From assembly GCA_033763315.1 (NCBI GenBank), contig JANRKS010000002.1, forward strand, positions 288,001 through 352,000: a DNA stretch of 64,000 nucleotides, written 5' to 3'. The stretch comes from Deltaproteobacteria bacterium. Lineage in GTDB: Bacteria > Myxococcota_A > Polyangia > Fen-1088. The first letter of the stretch is position 1. Every line of letters starts with the position of its first letter. Below are positions 18,429 through 27,499 of the stretch, in pieces. The notes below the pieces were generated by a model that was given only the letters and a program-made list of their open reading frames with translations, searched no databases and was not told the DNA's origin. Position numbers and translations under genes: made by a program.

Positions 18429-19926
18429 CCATATGAGCATTGTCGGCAGCGCGCGGCAGTGCAAGTAGCATCCACCCTGTGGTGGCCGCACCGGCCGCTA
18501 AACCAAGCCCGATCGCCGCCGCCCATTGCAGCGTGTGGGCGCGATCGTTGAGTTTGTCGGCTCTGGCTTGATCGGTGCGAGCGTCGGCTTCATGCAACGT
18601 CACATACGCAGCTCCGAACGACAGCACGCTCGCCGCGGTCAGCGCGCCCGCCGTCCAAAATGCGGCCTTCGCAAGCGGTGGTGTTGGTTGTCTTGGAGCG
18701 GGGGGAAGGGGCTCGGCAACCGCCTGGTCACGCAGGTCAATGGCCGCGAGCTTCTGTGCACTAAATGGCAGCGCGAACAAGCTGCGGAATGCATGGTCAG
18801 CGGCGCCGCGGGCACTTGTGCGGCGCTGTTGCGGTGAAAACGCCGCCAGATTCACGACTCCATCGACGCGGCTCAACTGCACCTCTGTATCGCTGTCGTC
18901 ATCGAATACGTACAGCGTTGATGCGTTTTGCGGCCACACCAAATGCACTGCCTGGCCTTGGGCGTTGTGAAAATCAAGCACGCGAATGCCGTTGCGATCC
19001 TCAATCGCGTGGTGGGCCGACGTTGCCGTGCCCGAGACGAAGATCTGGTTGTGCAGCGCTGATCGTAGGTCTGCAAGCGTCCGCGTGTGCTCCGGTGGCA
19101 AGGCGTGAACGCGCGGGCGATAAAGTTCGTTCGCGATCGGTTCGGCCGCCAAAGCCACGAACCGCTGCAACTCCTCGTAGGTGACCAGCCCATCCAGATC
19201 CACGTCAGCGGCGCCCGCCAGGCCCGAGCGCACCAAGTGGCTGAACACGCCTGCGGCAAAGCCTTCGTATTCGAACGTTTGGGTCATGCTGCTGGTGGCA
19301 AACATCAAGCCCACGCGGCGATCCAAGGCACGCCGGGCCACCTCGCGCGCGAACGGCGACAGCGCACGCCGTTGACCTCCTGGCCCGCGCGCCTCGGTCA
19401 AGAACTGTGAATTGCAGGCATCAACGATGACGTGAAACGTATCTGCGTTCACCTTGTCAACCAGCGAAGCAAACAAGCGGCTGGCGTCCAGGCGCGCGTC
19501 CGCCAAGGTCAAAAATCCCTCCTGCGTTTGCTCGTCGCGCGCGCCGTGGCCCGCATAGATGAAATACACAACCGTTGCTTCGGAAGCCGCGCGATCGTCT
19601 GCCACGCGTTGTTTTAGCCACGTGGTGGCGGCATCGAATTCTTTCCACGTAGGTGGCTTGAGAGCATGAGCCTCCTCGAATAGCCGTTGCGTGTTTGCGT
19701 CCGGATCGGACAACGTCAACGTTTGCGCGCCCAAGGTGCGGAGCAGGGCTGTGTATTTTAAAGCGTCATCATCTGCGAACCGCAGCGGCGCAAGCCCCGC
19801 CTCGTTCGGCTGATTCACGCCGATGATCAACGCGTATGTTTTTGTGGCCGCCGGCGCGGCGAGCGCCGTGGGCTGCCAAAGGCACGCCACAAGCGGCATA
19901 AGCCACAACCAATTATTGCGTGGCAT
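18394..19926 (-). CDS. Exported caspase-like (peptidase C14) protein with C-terminal hydrophobic hairpin
   Basis: Signal peptide ending ALA, YALIIGVN, LRFADDDA, catalytic YAGHG and DACNS, ADVDLDGLVT. Two C-terminal hydrophobic helices. Confidence 0.88.
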   Translation of the reverse strand: MPRNNWLWLMPLVACLWQPTALAAPAATKTYALIIGVNQPNEAGLAPLRFADDDALKYTALLRTLGAQTLTLSDPDANTQRLFEEAHALKPPTWKEFDAATTWLKQRVADDRAASEATVVYFIYAGHGARDEQTQEGFLTLADARLDASRLFASLVDKVNADTFHVIVDACNSQFLTEARGPGGQRRALSPFAREVARRALDRRVGLMFATSSMTQTFEYEGFAAGVFSHLVRSGLAGAADVDLDGLVTYEELQRFVALAAEPIANELYRPRVHALPPEHTRTLADLRSALHNQIFVSGTATSAHHAIEDRNGIRVLDFHNAQGQAVHLVWPQNASTLYVFDDDSDTEVQLSRVDGVVNLAAFSPQQRRTSARGAADHAFRSLFALPFSAQKLAAIDLRDQAVAEPLPPAPRQPTPPLAKAAFWTAGALTAASVLSFGAAYVTLHEADARTDQARADKLNDRAHTLQWAAAIGLGLAAGAATTGWMLLALPRAADNAHMDGVAFALSGRW

Positions 19927-20701
19927 CGTCCGCCTCCCCCGCCACCGTCAGAGGGTGCGTTGCAATCTGCGCGGCACGATCCAATGTGCGCAAAGTGTGA
20001 TCGCCGCGCTGCCAAGCGGATTCGGCCTCGCGAACGTTGAGCTTCGACTTCAAGAACACAGCCACAACTTTGGCCGGCCCCGGCGCAAACGCGTGTGCCA
20101 CCGCATCGTCCATGGCGTACGTACGCTGCGGCCGGATGGCCTTCCCCGTGGGCGTTTGGCGCGCGTCGTTCCACGCAGGCTCGTACCAAAACATCTGTCC
20201 CTTGGCGTCGATAGCGAACACCATGACAAACGCAAACCCAGCGGGCGCCCGATAAGAAAGCGTCAGTTCACTCGCCTTTGTGATCACCGCTTTGGGCGCC
20301 AGCGGTTGCCGTTGATCGTTGGAGCCCACTTCATAAACGGCCAGGGCGCCGTTGTCGGTGTTGCCACGTTCACTCCAACCATCGGGCGGAGCCTGCGTTC
20401 GCTGTGATGGCGTCAACCAGAATACGCATGCCGCGGCCGCCAACGCGACTGCGCTTGCCGCCCACGCCCACGGGCGCACAACGCGTGGGGGCTTCTGTAA
20501 ATCAAGCGCCACGCGAAGCCGCTCTTTTGCGGTTGGTGCGTGCGGGGTCAATCTTGAAACGACCAGCGCGCGTTCGTAATAAGCGCTGCACGCCAAGCAG
20601 TCAGTTAGGTGCGCACGCATGCGTTGCTCCTCGGCTGCCGTCGTGCTCAAGGCAAAGTGTGCATCGATGAGTTTGGTGGCGTGGCCTTGGCTGTTGGTCA
20701 T
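19913..20701 (-). CDS. Zinc-finger anti-sigma factor (ZAS + TM + periplasmic DUF4384-like domain)
   Basis: HLTDCLAC (HxxxCxxC), TM helix, beta-rich C-terminal domain. ATGA overlap with the sigma gene. Confidence 0.8.
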   Translation of the reverse strand: MTNSQGHATKLIDAHFALSTTAAEEQRMRAHLTDCLACSAYYERALVVSRLTPHAPTAKERLRVALDLQKPPRVVRPWAWAASAVALAAAACVFWLTPSQRTQAPPDGWSERGNTDNGALAVYEVGSNDQRQPLAPKAVITKASELTLSYRAPAGFAFVMVFAIDAKGQMFWYEPAWNDARQTPTGKAIRPQRTYAMDDAVAHAFAPGPAKVVAVFLKSKLNVREAESAWQRGDHTLRTLDRAAQIATHPLTVAGEADDATQ

Positions 20702-21252
20702 GATGTTCGGCTTTCTTTCAGCATCCGACGCAGGAGGCGACGCAATTGTAGCTCTTGGTAAGCCAAAGTTGTGCGGTGCATGTTCAGGGTGGCGGCGGCA
20801 TCCCGCTGCGACAGTTGCCTTACGAAGCGCGCTTCAAAGACCTTGGCCCACTTCGCCGGGATGGCCGCGTTGATCTTTTCAAGGAAGTGGCGCGCGTCGA
20901 GCTGCGACGACAGGCGATCTTGGGCTTGCCCCTCATCATTGGGCATCGTCGATTGCGTTTCCTCCAACAGGGGCCGTTCACGCGCCACAACGCGGCGGTG
21001 GTGATCAATCGCGCGGTTACGTGCCACCACGCGAAGCCACGCGCCCAAAGAGCCACCCATAAAACTGCGCCGCAACTCGCCGCTTTCCAGCAAGGCCAGG
21101 AACACTTCGTGAACCACGGTGTCGCGATCCGCACCCTGCAACACGGTGCCTACCGCCTGCCACACATCCTCAAAGTGCCGTTCGTAGCAATCGGCCATCG
21201 CGCGCCTGTCCCCGTTATGGAACAGCGTCAGATCATCGGGATTGTGGCTCAT
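20698..21252 (-). CDS. ECF sigma-70 factor
   Basis: GDRRAM, DTVVHEVF, WLRVVARNRAIDHHR (region 2) and LSQRDAAATLNMHRTTL (region 4 HTH). Confidence 0.92.
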   Translation of the reverse strand: MSHNPDDLTLFHNGDRRAMADCYERHFEDVWQAVGTVLQGADRDTVVHEVFLALLESGELRRSFMGGSLGAWLRVVARNRAIDHHRRVVARERPLLEETQSTMPNDEGQAQDRLSSQLDARHFLEKINAAIPAKWAKVFEARFVRQLSQRDAAATLNMHRTTLAYQELQLRRLLRRMLKESRTS

Positions 21253-21320
21253 GGCGTGGTGCAGGCGCGTGCCAAGCGAGGCGTGCCACGGGTTGTTAGC
21301 GGTCCACATACAAAGACCCG

Positions 21321-21348
21321 AACGAACGAGCGCCCGCGCTTGGACGAA
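21321..21348 (-). promoter_or_regulatory. Putative ECF promoter, copy 1 (faces the sigma operon)
   Basis: Minus strand: A8-CA-TTCGTCCAAG-cgcgggcgctcg-TTCGTT. Confidence 0.65.
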
Positions 21349-21402
21349 TGTTTTTTTTCATTTTGACCTTCACCCAAGGCGCGCGCTCTGCCCAGAAAAA
21401 TC

Positions 21403-21430
21403 TTCGTCCAAGACCGCGGGCCTCTTCGTT
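21403..21430 (+). promoter_or_regulatory. Putative ECF promoter, copy 2 (faces the LamG lipoprotein)
   Basis: Plus strand: A5-TC-TTCGTCCAAG-accgcgggcctc-TTCGTT. Boxes and spacing are identical to copy 1. Confidence 0.65.
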
Positions 21431-21487
21431 TCAGTTCCAACACCACCTTGCGACGTGGTGCGCTTAAACCCGTGACTTGGAGCAACG

Positions 21488-22432
21488 ATGAAAAAGCAGA
21501 CTCTCTTGGTGAGCTTAGCGATCGCGACGAGCCTGTGGGCGGGACTCGGCTGTTCCCCCAACGGCGGCGATGATGAGCCCGTCGTCAACGGCGGTGGAAA
21601 AGCGGGCAAAGGCGGCGGCGGCATGGGTGGTGGTGCTGGCGGCAAAGGTGGTGGTGCTGGCGGCACTTCAACGTCACCGGGGGGCAGCGGCGGGGTGATA
21701 AGCGATGGCGGCGCCAGTGGTCAAGGCGGTCCTGTGGGCGGCGCCGTGGGCGACGGGCTGATTGGCTATTGGCGCTTCAACGAAGGCTCAGGCACCGGCG
21801 TCAAAGACGCCTCAGGCAAAGGCAACAATGGAACTATCTTGGCTGGTTCCATTCAGGATTCGCCCTTGGCCGCCAACCCCAAATGGATCAAGGGACGCTC
21901 CGGCCAAGGTTTGGAACTCAACGGCAAGGACGAATGGGTGAAAGTGCCCGCTTCAGAATCGATCAACGAGACGTCGACGAACGGCGGATCCGTCACGATG
22001 GCCGCGTGGGTTCAAGTCAAGAGCATCGATGCCACGGGTGAAGACTACAACTTCATCATCAGTCGCCACGAAGTTGGCACGGCCTACGAGTTGTTCGGCT
22101 TGGGCTTGGTTGCTGGAAAGGTGAGCACCAGCATTCACTTCTTCCCAGCCACGGGTGCCCAAACGGTGCCGGTGGACGGCACGTGGCATCACATTGCCGG
22201 CACCTACGATGGTATCACGCAGGTTTCATACTTAGACGGCCTGCCACAAGGCTCTTATGACAGCGGCTGGCCCGTCGCCGCCGACAACACGCCGCTCATC
22301 ATCGGCGGAAACCAAAACACAGATACCGTGAAAGAATTTTGGGATGGCGCGCTCGATGAGGTTCGCCTTTACAACCGACCGCTGACGGCGCAAGAAATCG
22401 CCGCCTTGGCCGCCGAGCCGCCTGCGCCTTAA
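21488..22432 (+). CDS. LamG/concanavalin A-like lipoprotein with Gly-rich linker
   Basis: Lipobox GLGC, Gly linker, LIGYWRFNE, WHHIAGTYDG, FWDGALDEVRLYNRPLT. Confidence 0.9.
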   Translation: MKKQTLLVSLAIATSLWAGLGCSPNGGDDEPVVNGGGKAGKGGGGMGGGAGGKGGGAGGTSTSPGGSGGVISDGGASGQGGPVGGAVGDGLIGYWRFNEGSGTGVKDASGKGNNGTILAGSIQDSPLAANPKWIKGRSGQGLELNGKDEWVKVPASESINETSTNGGSVTMAAWVQVKSIDATGEDYNFIISRHEVGTAYELFGLGLVAGKVSTSIHFFPATGAQTVPVDGTWHHIAGTYDGITQVSYLDGLPQGSYDSGWPVAADNTPLIIGGNQNTDTVKEFWDGALDEVRLYNRPLTAQEIAALAAEPPAP

Positions 22433-22440
22433 AACAAGAC

Positions 22441-23724
22441 CTATTTCGCTGGCTTCACAGCGAGCACAGGCGTGAGCAGCACTTCGATCCGCCGGTTCTT
22501 CGCAAGGTTCTTGCTTCGCGGTTTGTACTGCGAATAAGCCGCTGCGGAGATCCGGTTGGGATCGACGCCCACTTCTTCTACAAGGTAACGAACCACATTG
22601 ACGGCGCGTGCAGCCGACAATTCCCAGTTCGTCTCGAAGCCACCTTTTTTCTTCAATGGTCGGTCGTCGGTGTGGCCACCGATCACGATTTGCCGATCGG
22701 TCGTTTCTTTGAGCAGCTTGCCCACGCGCGCCAGGACGCGAAAGCCAGACAACGAAAGCTCGGCCTTGCCGCTCGGGAACATCACGTCATCGACGAGGCT
22801 CACCGAAACGCTTTTCCCAGCCGCTTCGATTTCACCTTCTTTGCTCGAGAGCAGTCCCTTGAGGGCACCGATCAACTTTTGGTCTTCGCCCGACGCTGTG
22901 TCCTTGGCGGCCACTTCGTCTTTCATCGTGGCCAACGCACGCTCTGCCTCAATACGAGCCTTTTCGGCTGCCTCGGCGCGCGTTTGTGCCTCCACCAGGC
23001 CTTGCGCTTGTTTGGCCTGAGCCGCCACAAGCTTTTCGCGATCGTCTAGGCCAAGCACAACTGCGGCCGCGAGAGCCGCGAAGCCAAGCAGCGCCATAAG
23101 CCAGCCCATACGTCCGCGCCGACGAATCGCGCGCAGGTGCGCCGACGGAATGGTTTCGGTGGCGTAGGGATCGTCGCCCGCCCGTTGAGACTTGGCCGCC
23201 GTGCGCCCGAGCAGACTGTCAGGGTTCGGTGCGCGTGCCGGCCAATCGTTGCCTTGGCCTGGCTGTTGCCCCGTGTTCTGCGCCGGGTACGCGGACACCG
23301 GCGGTGGCGCGCCGTAGGGACCCGTGTTCGGATAACCCGAGGCGGCTGGCGCTTGACTGTAGCCTTGCGCGTAACCTTGAGGTTGGCCGTATCCCTGGTT
23401 ATAAGCGGTTGCCACGGGCGGTGGCGTCGGTGGGTAAGCCGCGGCTTCGTTGTGCACCGGCAATGGCTCGGGGCTCGAAGGGGTGAGGTTGATTTCATCC
23501 CAAGGTGCCATGGCCGCAGGACCAAGTGATGAACTTGAGGGCGTTGCAGGCATCGCACGCGGCGGCGTGTATCCCGGCGCGGCCGGCGGGGTCCAACTCG
23601 GTCGCGAGGGGCTCGCTTTCACACGCCCTGCCGGCGGCGGAGGAGGTGGCGTGGGACGAGGAGGTGGCAACCCTGGCCCAGCTGACCGGGTCGAAGGGGC
23701 CTTTGGGAAGCCGGGGCCAGACAT
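22441..23724 (-). CDS. OmpA/MotB-like peptidoglycan-binding protein with Pro-rich N-terminus, TM and coiled coil
   Basis: FPSGKAEL, GHTDD, NWELSAARA, NRRIEV. Start chosen at MSGPG, 7 nt after an extended -10. Confidence 0.85.
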   Translation of the reverse strand: MSGPGFPKAPSTRSAGPGLPPPRPTPPPPPPAGRVKASPSRPSWTPPAAPGYTPPRAMPATPSSSSLGPAAMAPWDEINLTPSSPEPLPVHNEAAAYPPTPPPVATAYNQGYGQPQGYAQGYSQAPAASGYPNTGPYGAPPPVSAYPAQNTGQQPGQGNDWPARAPNPDSLLGRTAAKSQRAGDDPYATETIPSAHLRAIRRRGRMGWLMALLGFAALAAAVVLGLDDREKLVAAQAKQAQGLVEAQTRAEAAEKARIEAERALATMKDEVAAKDTASGEDQKLIGALKGLLSSKEGEIEAAGKSVSVSLVDDVMFPSGKAELSLSGFRVLARVGKLLKETTDRQIVIGGHTDDRPLKKKGGFETNWELSAARAVNVVRYLVEEVGVDPNRISAAAYSQYKPRSKNLAKNRRIEVLLTPVLAVKPAK

Positions 23725-23820
23725 GGCCCACAAGATACCACACGGAGTGCGCCAAGACAGGTCCAAATGGCCTGGGCCTCGCCGCCTTGTGTACCCGCCG
23801 CAGCGCGATTGCGCCGCCCG

Positions 23821-25545
23821 TTATTCGTCCTTCGGCGCCACCTTCGACCACGAATCCTTGAGTGTAATCGTGCGGTTGAACACCAGCTTGTCAGGACGAG
23901 AGTCTTGGCTATCGACGCAGTAATAGCCAAGGCGTTCGAATTGAAAACGAGTCCCGTTGGCGGCCGTGGCCAAGCTGGGCTCGACGCGTGCTTCTTGCAG
24001 CACTTCAAGTGATTTTGGATTGAGATGTTTACGGAAGTCACCGCCCAACGCCTCGTCGAGCGGGTTCTCAACCGTGAACAACCGATCGTAGTTGCGAATC
24101 TGGGCGGGCAAAGAACCCGTGGCCGAAACCCAGTGCAGGGTGCCTCGGATTTTTCGACCGTCGGACGGCGAGCCGCCGCGTGAGTTGGGATCCCAGGTGC
24201 AGCGCAACTCAACCACTTCGCCCTGATCGTTCTTGATCACACGCTCGCACTTGATGATGCATGCGTACCGCAAACGCACCTCAGCCCCCGGGGCCAATCG
24301 GAACCACTTTTTGGGTGGCACTTCCGCGAAATCATCGCGTTCAATGAACACCTCGCGGGTGAGCGTGAGTGGACGGCTGCCGGCGCTTGGATCTTCCGGG
24401 TTATAGGCGCCATCGAAAGTTTCTGTGTGGCCCTCGGGCAAGTTCTCGATCACCACCTTCAACGGCTTCAAAACCGCAAAGACGCGTGGGGATGTGGCGT
24501 TCAGATCTTCGCGCAAGGCGTACTCAAGCAGCGAGATGTCAACGATGCCATCGCGCTTAGACACGCCAATCCGATCACAGAACTTGCGCAACGCTGTGGG
24601 CGTGAAACCTCGCCTGCGGAGGCCCGCGAGCGTGGGCATTCGCGGATCGTCCCAACCATCCACGATGCCTTCTTTCACCATCTGCTGCAGGCGGCGTTTG
24701 CTCAAGACGGTGTACGTGAGGTTGAGCTTGGCGAATTCAATTTGGCGGGGCCGCCGCTCGGGCGCCACGTCGGCCAGTTGCTCCAGGTACCACTCGTAAA
24801 GCGGCCTATGATCCTCGAATTCCAGCGTGCAAATGCTGTGTGTGATGCCTTCGATGGCATCGGATTGCCCGTGCGCCCAGTCGTAAACCGGATAGATGCA
24901 CCACGCATCGCCCGTGCGGTGGTGGTGTGCGTGCTTGATCCGATACATCAACGGGTCACGCATGTTGATGTTGGGATGGGCCATGTCGATCTTGGCGCGC
25001 AGCACGTGAGCGCCATCAGGAAATTCGCCCGCCCGCATCCGCGCGAAGAGATCGAGGTTCTCCTCGACCGAGCGGTTGCGGTTGGGGCTTTCGTCGCCCG
25101 GCTTGTAGAAATTGCCGCGCGTCTCGCGAATTTGTTCGATTGTTTGGCTATCGACGTAAGCCTTGCCGTCTTTGATCATCTGGACGGCCCACGCGTACAG
25201 GCGCTCAAAGTAATCGGAGGCGAAGAATAAATTCGTGCCCCAGTCAAAACCCATCCATTTAACGTCGTTCTGGATCGAGTTCACGTACTCCACGTCTTCG
25301 GTGCTGGGGTTCGTGTCGTCGAAGCGCAGGTGACACTTGCCGTTGGCGCTTTTCTGCGACAGCGGGAAGTTCAAGCAAATCGATTTGGCGTGACCGATGT
25401 GAAGGTAGCCGTTCGGTTCAGGCGGGAAACGCGTGACCACGCGCCCCTGGGTGCGTCCGGTGCGCAGATCTTCATCAACGATGTCTGCAATGAAGTTGCT
25501 GGGGTTGGCGTCGTTGTTTGAATCGGTGGCGGTGGGTGACGTCAT
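23821..25545 (-). CDS. glnS: Glutaminyl-tRNA synthetase
   Basis: TRFPPEPNGYLHIGHAK, THSICTLEF, LSKR, WDDPRMPT, FQFERLGY. Confidence 0.97.
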   Translation of the reverse strand: MTSPTATDSNNDANPSNFIADIVDEDLRTGRTQGRVVTRFPPEPNGYLHIGHAKSICLNFPLSQKSANGKCHLRFDDTNPSTEDVEYVNSIQNDVKWMGFDWGTNLFFASDYFERLYAWAVQMIKDGKAYVDSQTIEQIRETRGNFYKPGDESPNRNRSVEENLDLFARMRAGEFPDGAHVLRAKIDMAHPNINMRDPLMYRIKHAHHHRTGDAWCIYPVYDWAHGQSDAIEGITHSICTLEFEDHRPLYEWYLEQLADVAPERRPRQIEFAKLNLTYTVLSKRRLQQMVKEGIVDGWDDPRMPTLAGLRRRGFTPTALRKFCDRIGVSKRDGIVDISLLEYALREDLNATSPRVFAVLKPLKVVIENLPEGHTETFDGAYNPEDPSAGSRPLTLTREVFIERDDFAEVPPKKWFRLAPGAEVRLRYACIIKCERVIKNDQGEVVELRCTWDPNSRGGSPSDGRKIRGTLHWVSATGSLPAQIRNYDRLFTVENPLDEALGGDFRKHLNPKSLEVLQEARVEPSLATAANGTRFQFERLGYYCVDSQDSRPDKLVFNRTITLKDSWSKVAPKDE

Positions 25546-25685
25546 AGCGAGGCTCTTTCCCTTACCATACCGCGCCTTGGCATGGCTCATACAGTTCCTG
25601 AATACGAAGTCGTTCACCACCCAGATGACGCAGCGTTTACCGGCTGAAGATACGAACCAACCCTGCTATGGTTCGCGTCTTTTCC

Positions 25686-26741
25686 ATGCGCCCAACGAAT
25701 AACCTTCACGTCAAAGACTACAAACTGCTGGCGTCTCCCGCGCAGATCGTGGCCGAGATCCCCATGAGTGATGCCGCCTCCGAGACGGTGGCCACCACGC
25801 GCGAAGAAGTGCGCCGCCTCATCCACGGCGAAGATCAGCGCCTGCTGGTGGTCGTGGGCCCCTGCAGCATTCACGACCTTGGCATGGCCGAGGAATACGC
25901 CGCCTTCGTGGCGTCGGCTCGCAAAGAATATGCGTCGTCTTTGCTGATCTTGATGCGGGTCTATTTTGAGAAGCCCCGAACGACCGTGGGGTGGAAGGGG
26001 CTCATCAACGATCCGCACCTTGATGGCACCTATGATGTGGAGACGGGTTTGCGCCTCGGCCGGCGTCTGCTGGTGTCGCTCGCTGAGCGTGGCATCCCCG
26101 CCGCGTCTGAGGTCCTGGATCCGATCTCGCCGCAATACTTGGCCGAAGCGATTGCGTGGGCGGCGATCGGCGCGCGCACGGTTGAAAGCCAAACCCACCG
26201 TGAGATGGCCTCGGGCCTGTCGATGCCGATCGGCCTTAAGAACGGCACCGATGGATCACTGCAGACCGCTGTCAACGCCATGAAGTCGGCAGCGCAACCG
26301 CACCATTTTCTGGGCGTCGACTCGCATGGCCGCGTGGCCATCGTTGAAACCTCGGGCAACAAGGACACCCACTTGGTGTTGCGTGGTGGTCTGGCAGGGC
26401 CCAATTACGACGAAACGAACGTCATCAGCGCCGCAGCGGAATTAAAGAAGGGCGGCTTGCCTTCGCGGATCATGATCGATTGCAGCCACGACAACAGCCT
26501 CAAGGACTATAGCCGCCAACCCACGGTGCTCAGCGACATCGCCGCGCAGGTGAAACGTCACAACCACATCCTGGGCGTGATGATTGAATCCAACCTCGTG
26601 GCCGGCAAGCAAGCGTTTCCGCCCGCCCCAGGCGTGGCCTTGCGCCACGGTCAAAGCATCACCGACGGCTGCGTGGACTTGGACACAACGCGCACCATGC
26701 TTGACCAGCTGGCCAGCGCGCACGCAAAACGTTCCGCCTAA
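25686..26741 (+). CDS. Class I (AroF/G/H-type) DAHP synthase
   Basis: GPCSIHD, RVYFEKPRTTVGWKGL, IGARTVESQ, DCSHDNS, SITDGC. Confidence 0.95.
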   Translation: MRPTNNLHVKDYKLLASPAQIVAEIPMSDAASETVATTREEVRRLIHGEDQRLLVVVGPCSIHDLGMAEEYAAFVASARKEYASSLLILMRVYFEKPRTTVGWKGLINDPHLDGTYDVETGLRLGRRLLVSLAERGIPAASEVLDPISPQYLAEAIAWAAIGARTVESQTHREMASGLSMPIGLKNGTDGSLQTAVNAMKSAAQPHHFLGVDSHGRVAIVETSGNKDTHLVLRGGLAGPNYDETNVISAAAELKKGGLPSRIMIDCSHDNSLKDYSRQPTVLSDIAAQVKRHNHILGVMIESNLVAGKQAFPPAPGVALRHGQSITDGCVDLDTTRTMLDQLASAHAKRSA

Positions 26742-27499
26742 ACCCGCAGGCCAGACCAGCCGCCCGTGCGCAGTTGTGCCTCGGCGTGGCTGCGTTCGTC
26801 GGGCGTATCCACTTCCAACCAGCCGTGACCGCTGATGTCGCGGCAGTGCGGCGGGGTGCTTGTGCGTGCCAAACGAGCCAGCACACGCTCGACGTGAATG
26901 TCGAGGCCATCTTGCGCCATCGCCGCGTCCACTTCAGCCAGGTAGCGGGCGCGCGCCCCGCCGGGAACGCGGGTCATGCCCACGTAGCCGCAGTCGAAGG
27001 TGGTGAGCGTCTTCGCGATCTCGGCGATGCGGCCGCGGTCATCGCGCAGCACCTTCATGTCATCGTTGCCCAAAGACCGATCGGTGTCGATGAAGCCAGT
27101 GACGTCATCAACGGCGGCGGTCACCACACGGGCGATGGCAGGCCGATAGATGTGGTCGACGTTCAGCAGCACAAAATCATCCGTGAGGTGGGGCCGCGCC
27201 GCCTGGAAGGAGAGGATGTTGCCGCGACGAAATTCCGTGTTGCGCACAAGTTCGATGGGCAAACCGGCAGCTGAGCCTTCAGACAATGCGCCGAGCGTGC
27301 TTTGCACTTGGTCGAACTCGAAGCCGCCCACGACGATGATCTTGCGGGGCGAGAGCAAGCGCGCGAACGCCAACCCGTAAGCCAACAGGGGACTGCCGTT
27401 CACAGCGATCAAAGCCTTCGGCAGGCTGCGCGTGAGATCTCCCAAGCGGCTGCCGAGGCCGGCCGCCATCAACACCACGTCAAGTGCGGCCACGCTCAC
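26738..27499 (-). CDS. NTP-transferase, LicC/phosphocholine cytidylyltransferase-like
   Basis: MAAGLGSRL..PKAL, DDMKV, WLEVDT. Overlaps the HAD gene stop codon. Confidence 0.8.
   Translation of the reverse strand: MSVAALDVVLMAAGLGSRLGDLTRSLPKALIAVNGSPLLAYGLAFARLLSPRKIIVVGGFEFDQVQSTLGALSEGSAAGLPIELVRNTEFRRGNILSFQAARPHLTDDFVLLNVDHIYRPAIARVVTAAVDDVTGFIDTDRSLGNDDMKVLRDDRGRIAEIAKTLTTFDCGYVGMTRVPGGARARYLAEVDAAMAQDGLDIHVERVLARLARTSTPPHCRDISGHGWLEVDTPDERSHAEAQLRTGGWSGLRV

Noticed and set aside
18394-19926. Caspase as part of a gasdermin, CBASS or CRISPR cell-death system
   Set aside because: It has a signal peptide, and no gasdermin, cyclase, NLR or cas gene is adjacent. The context is ECF signalling.
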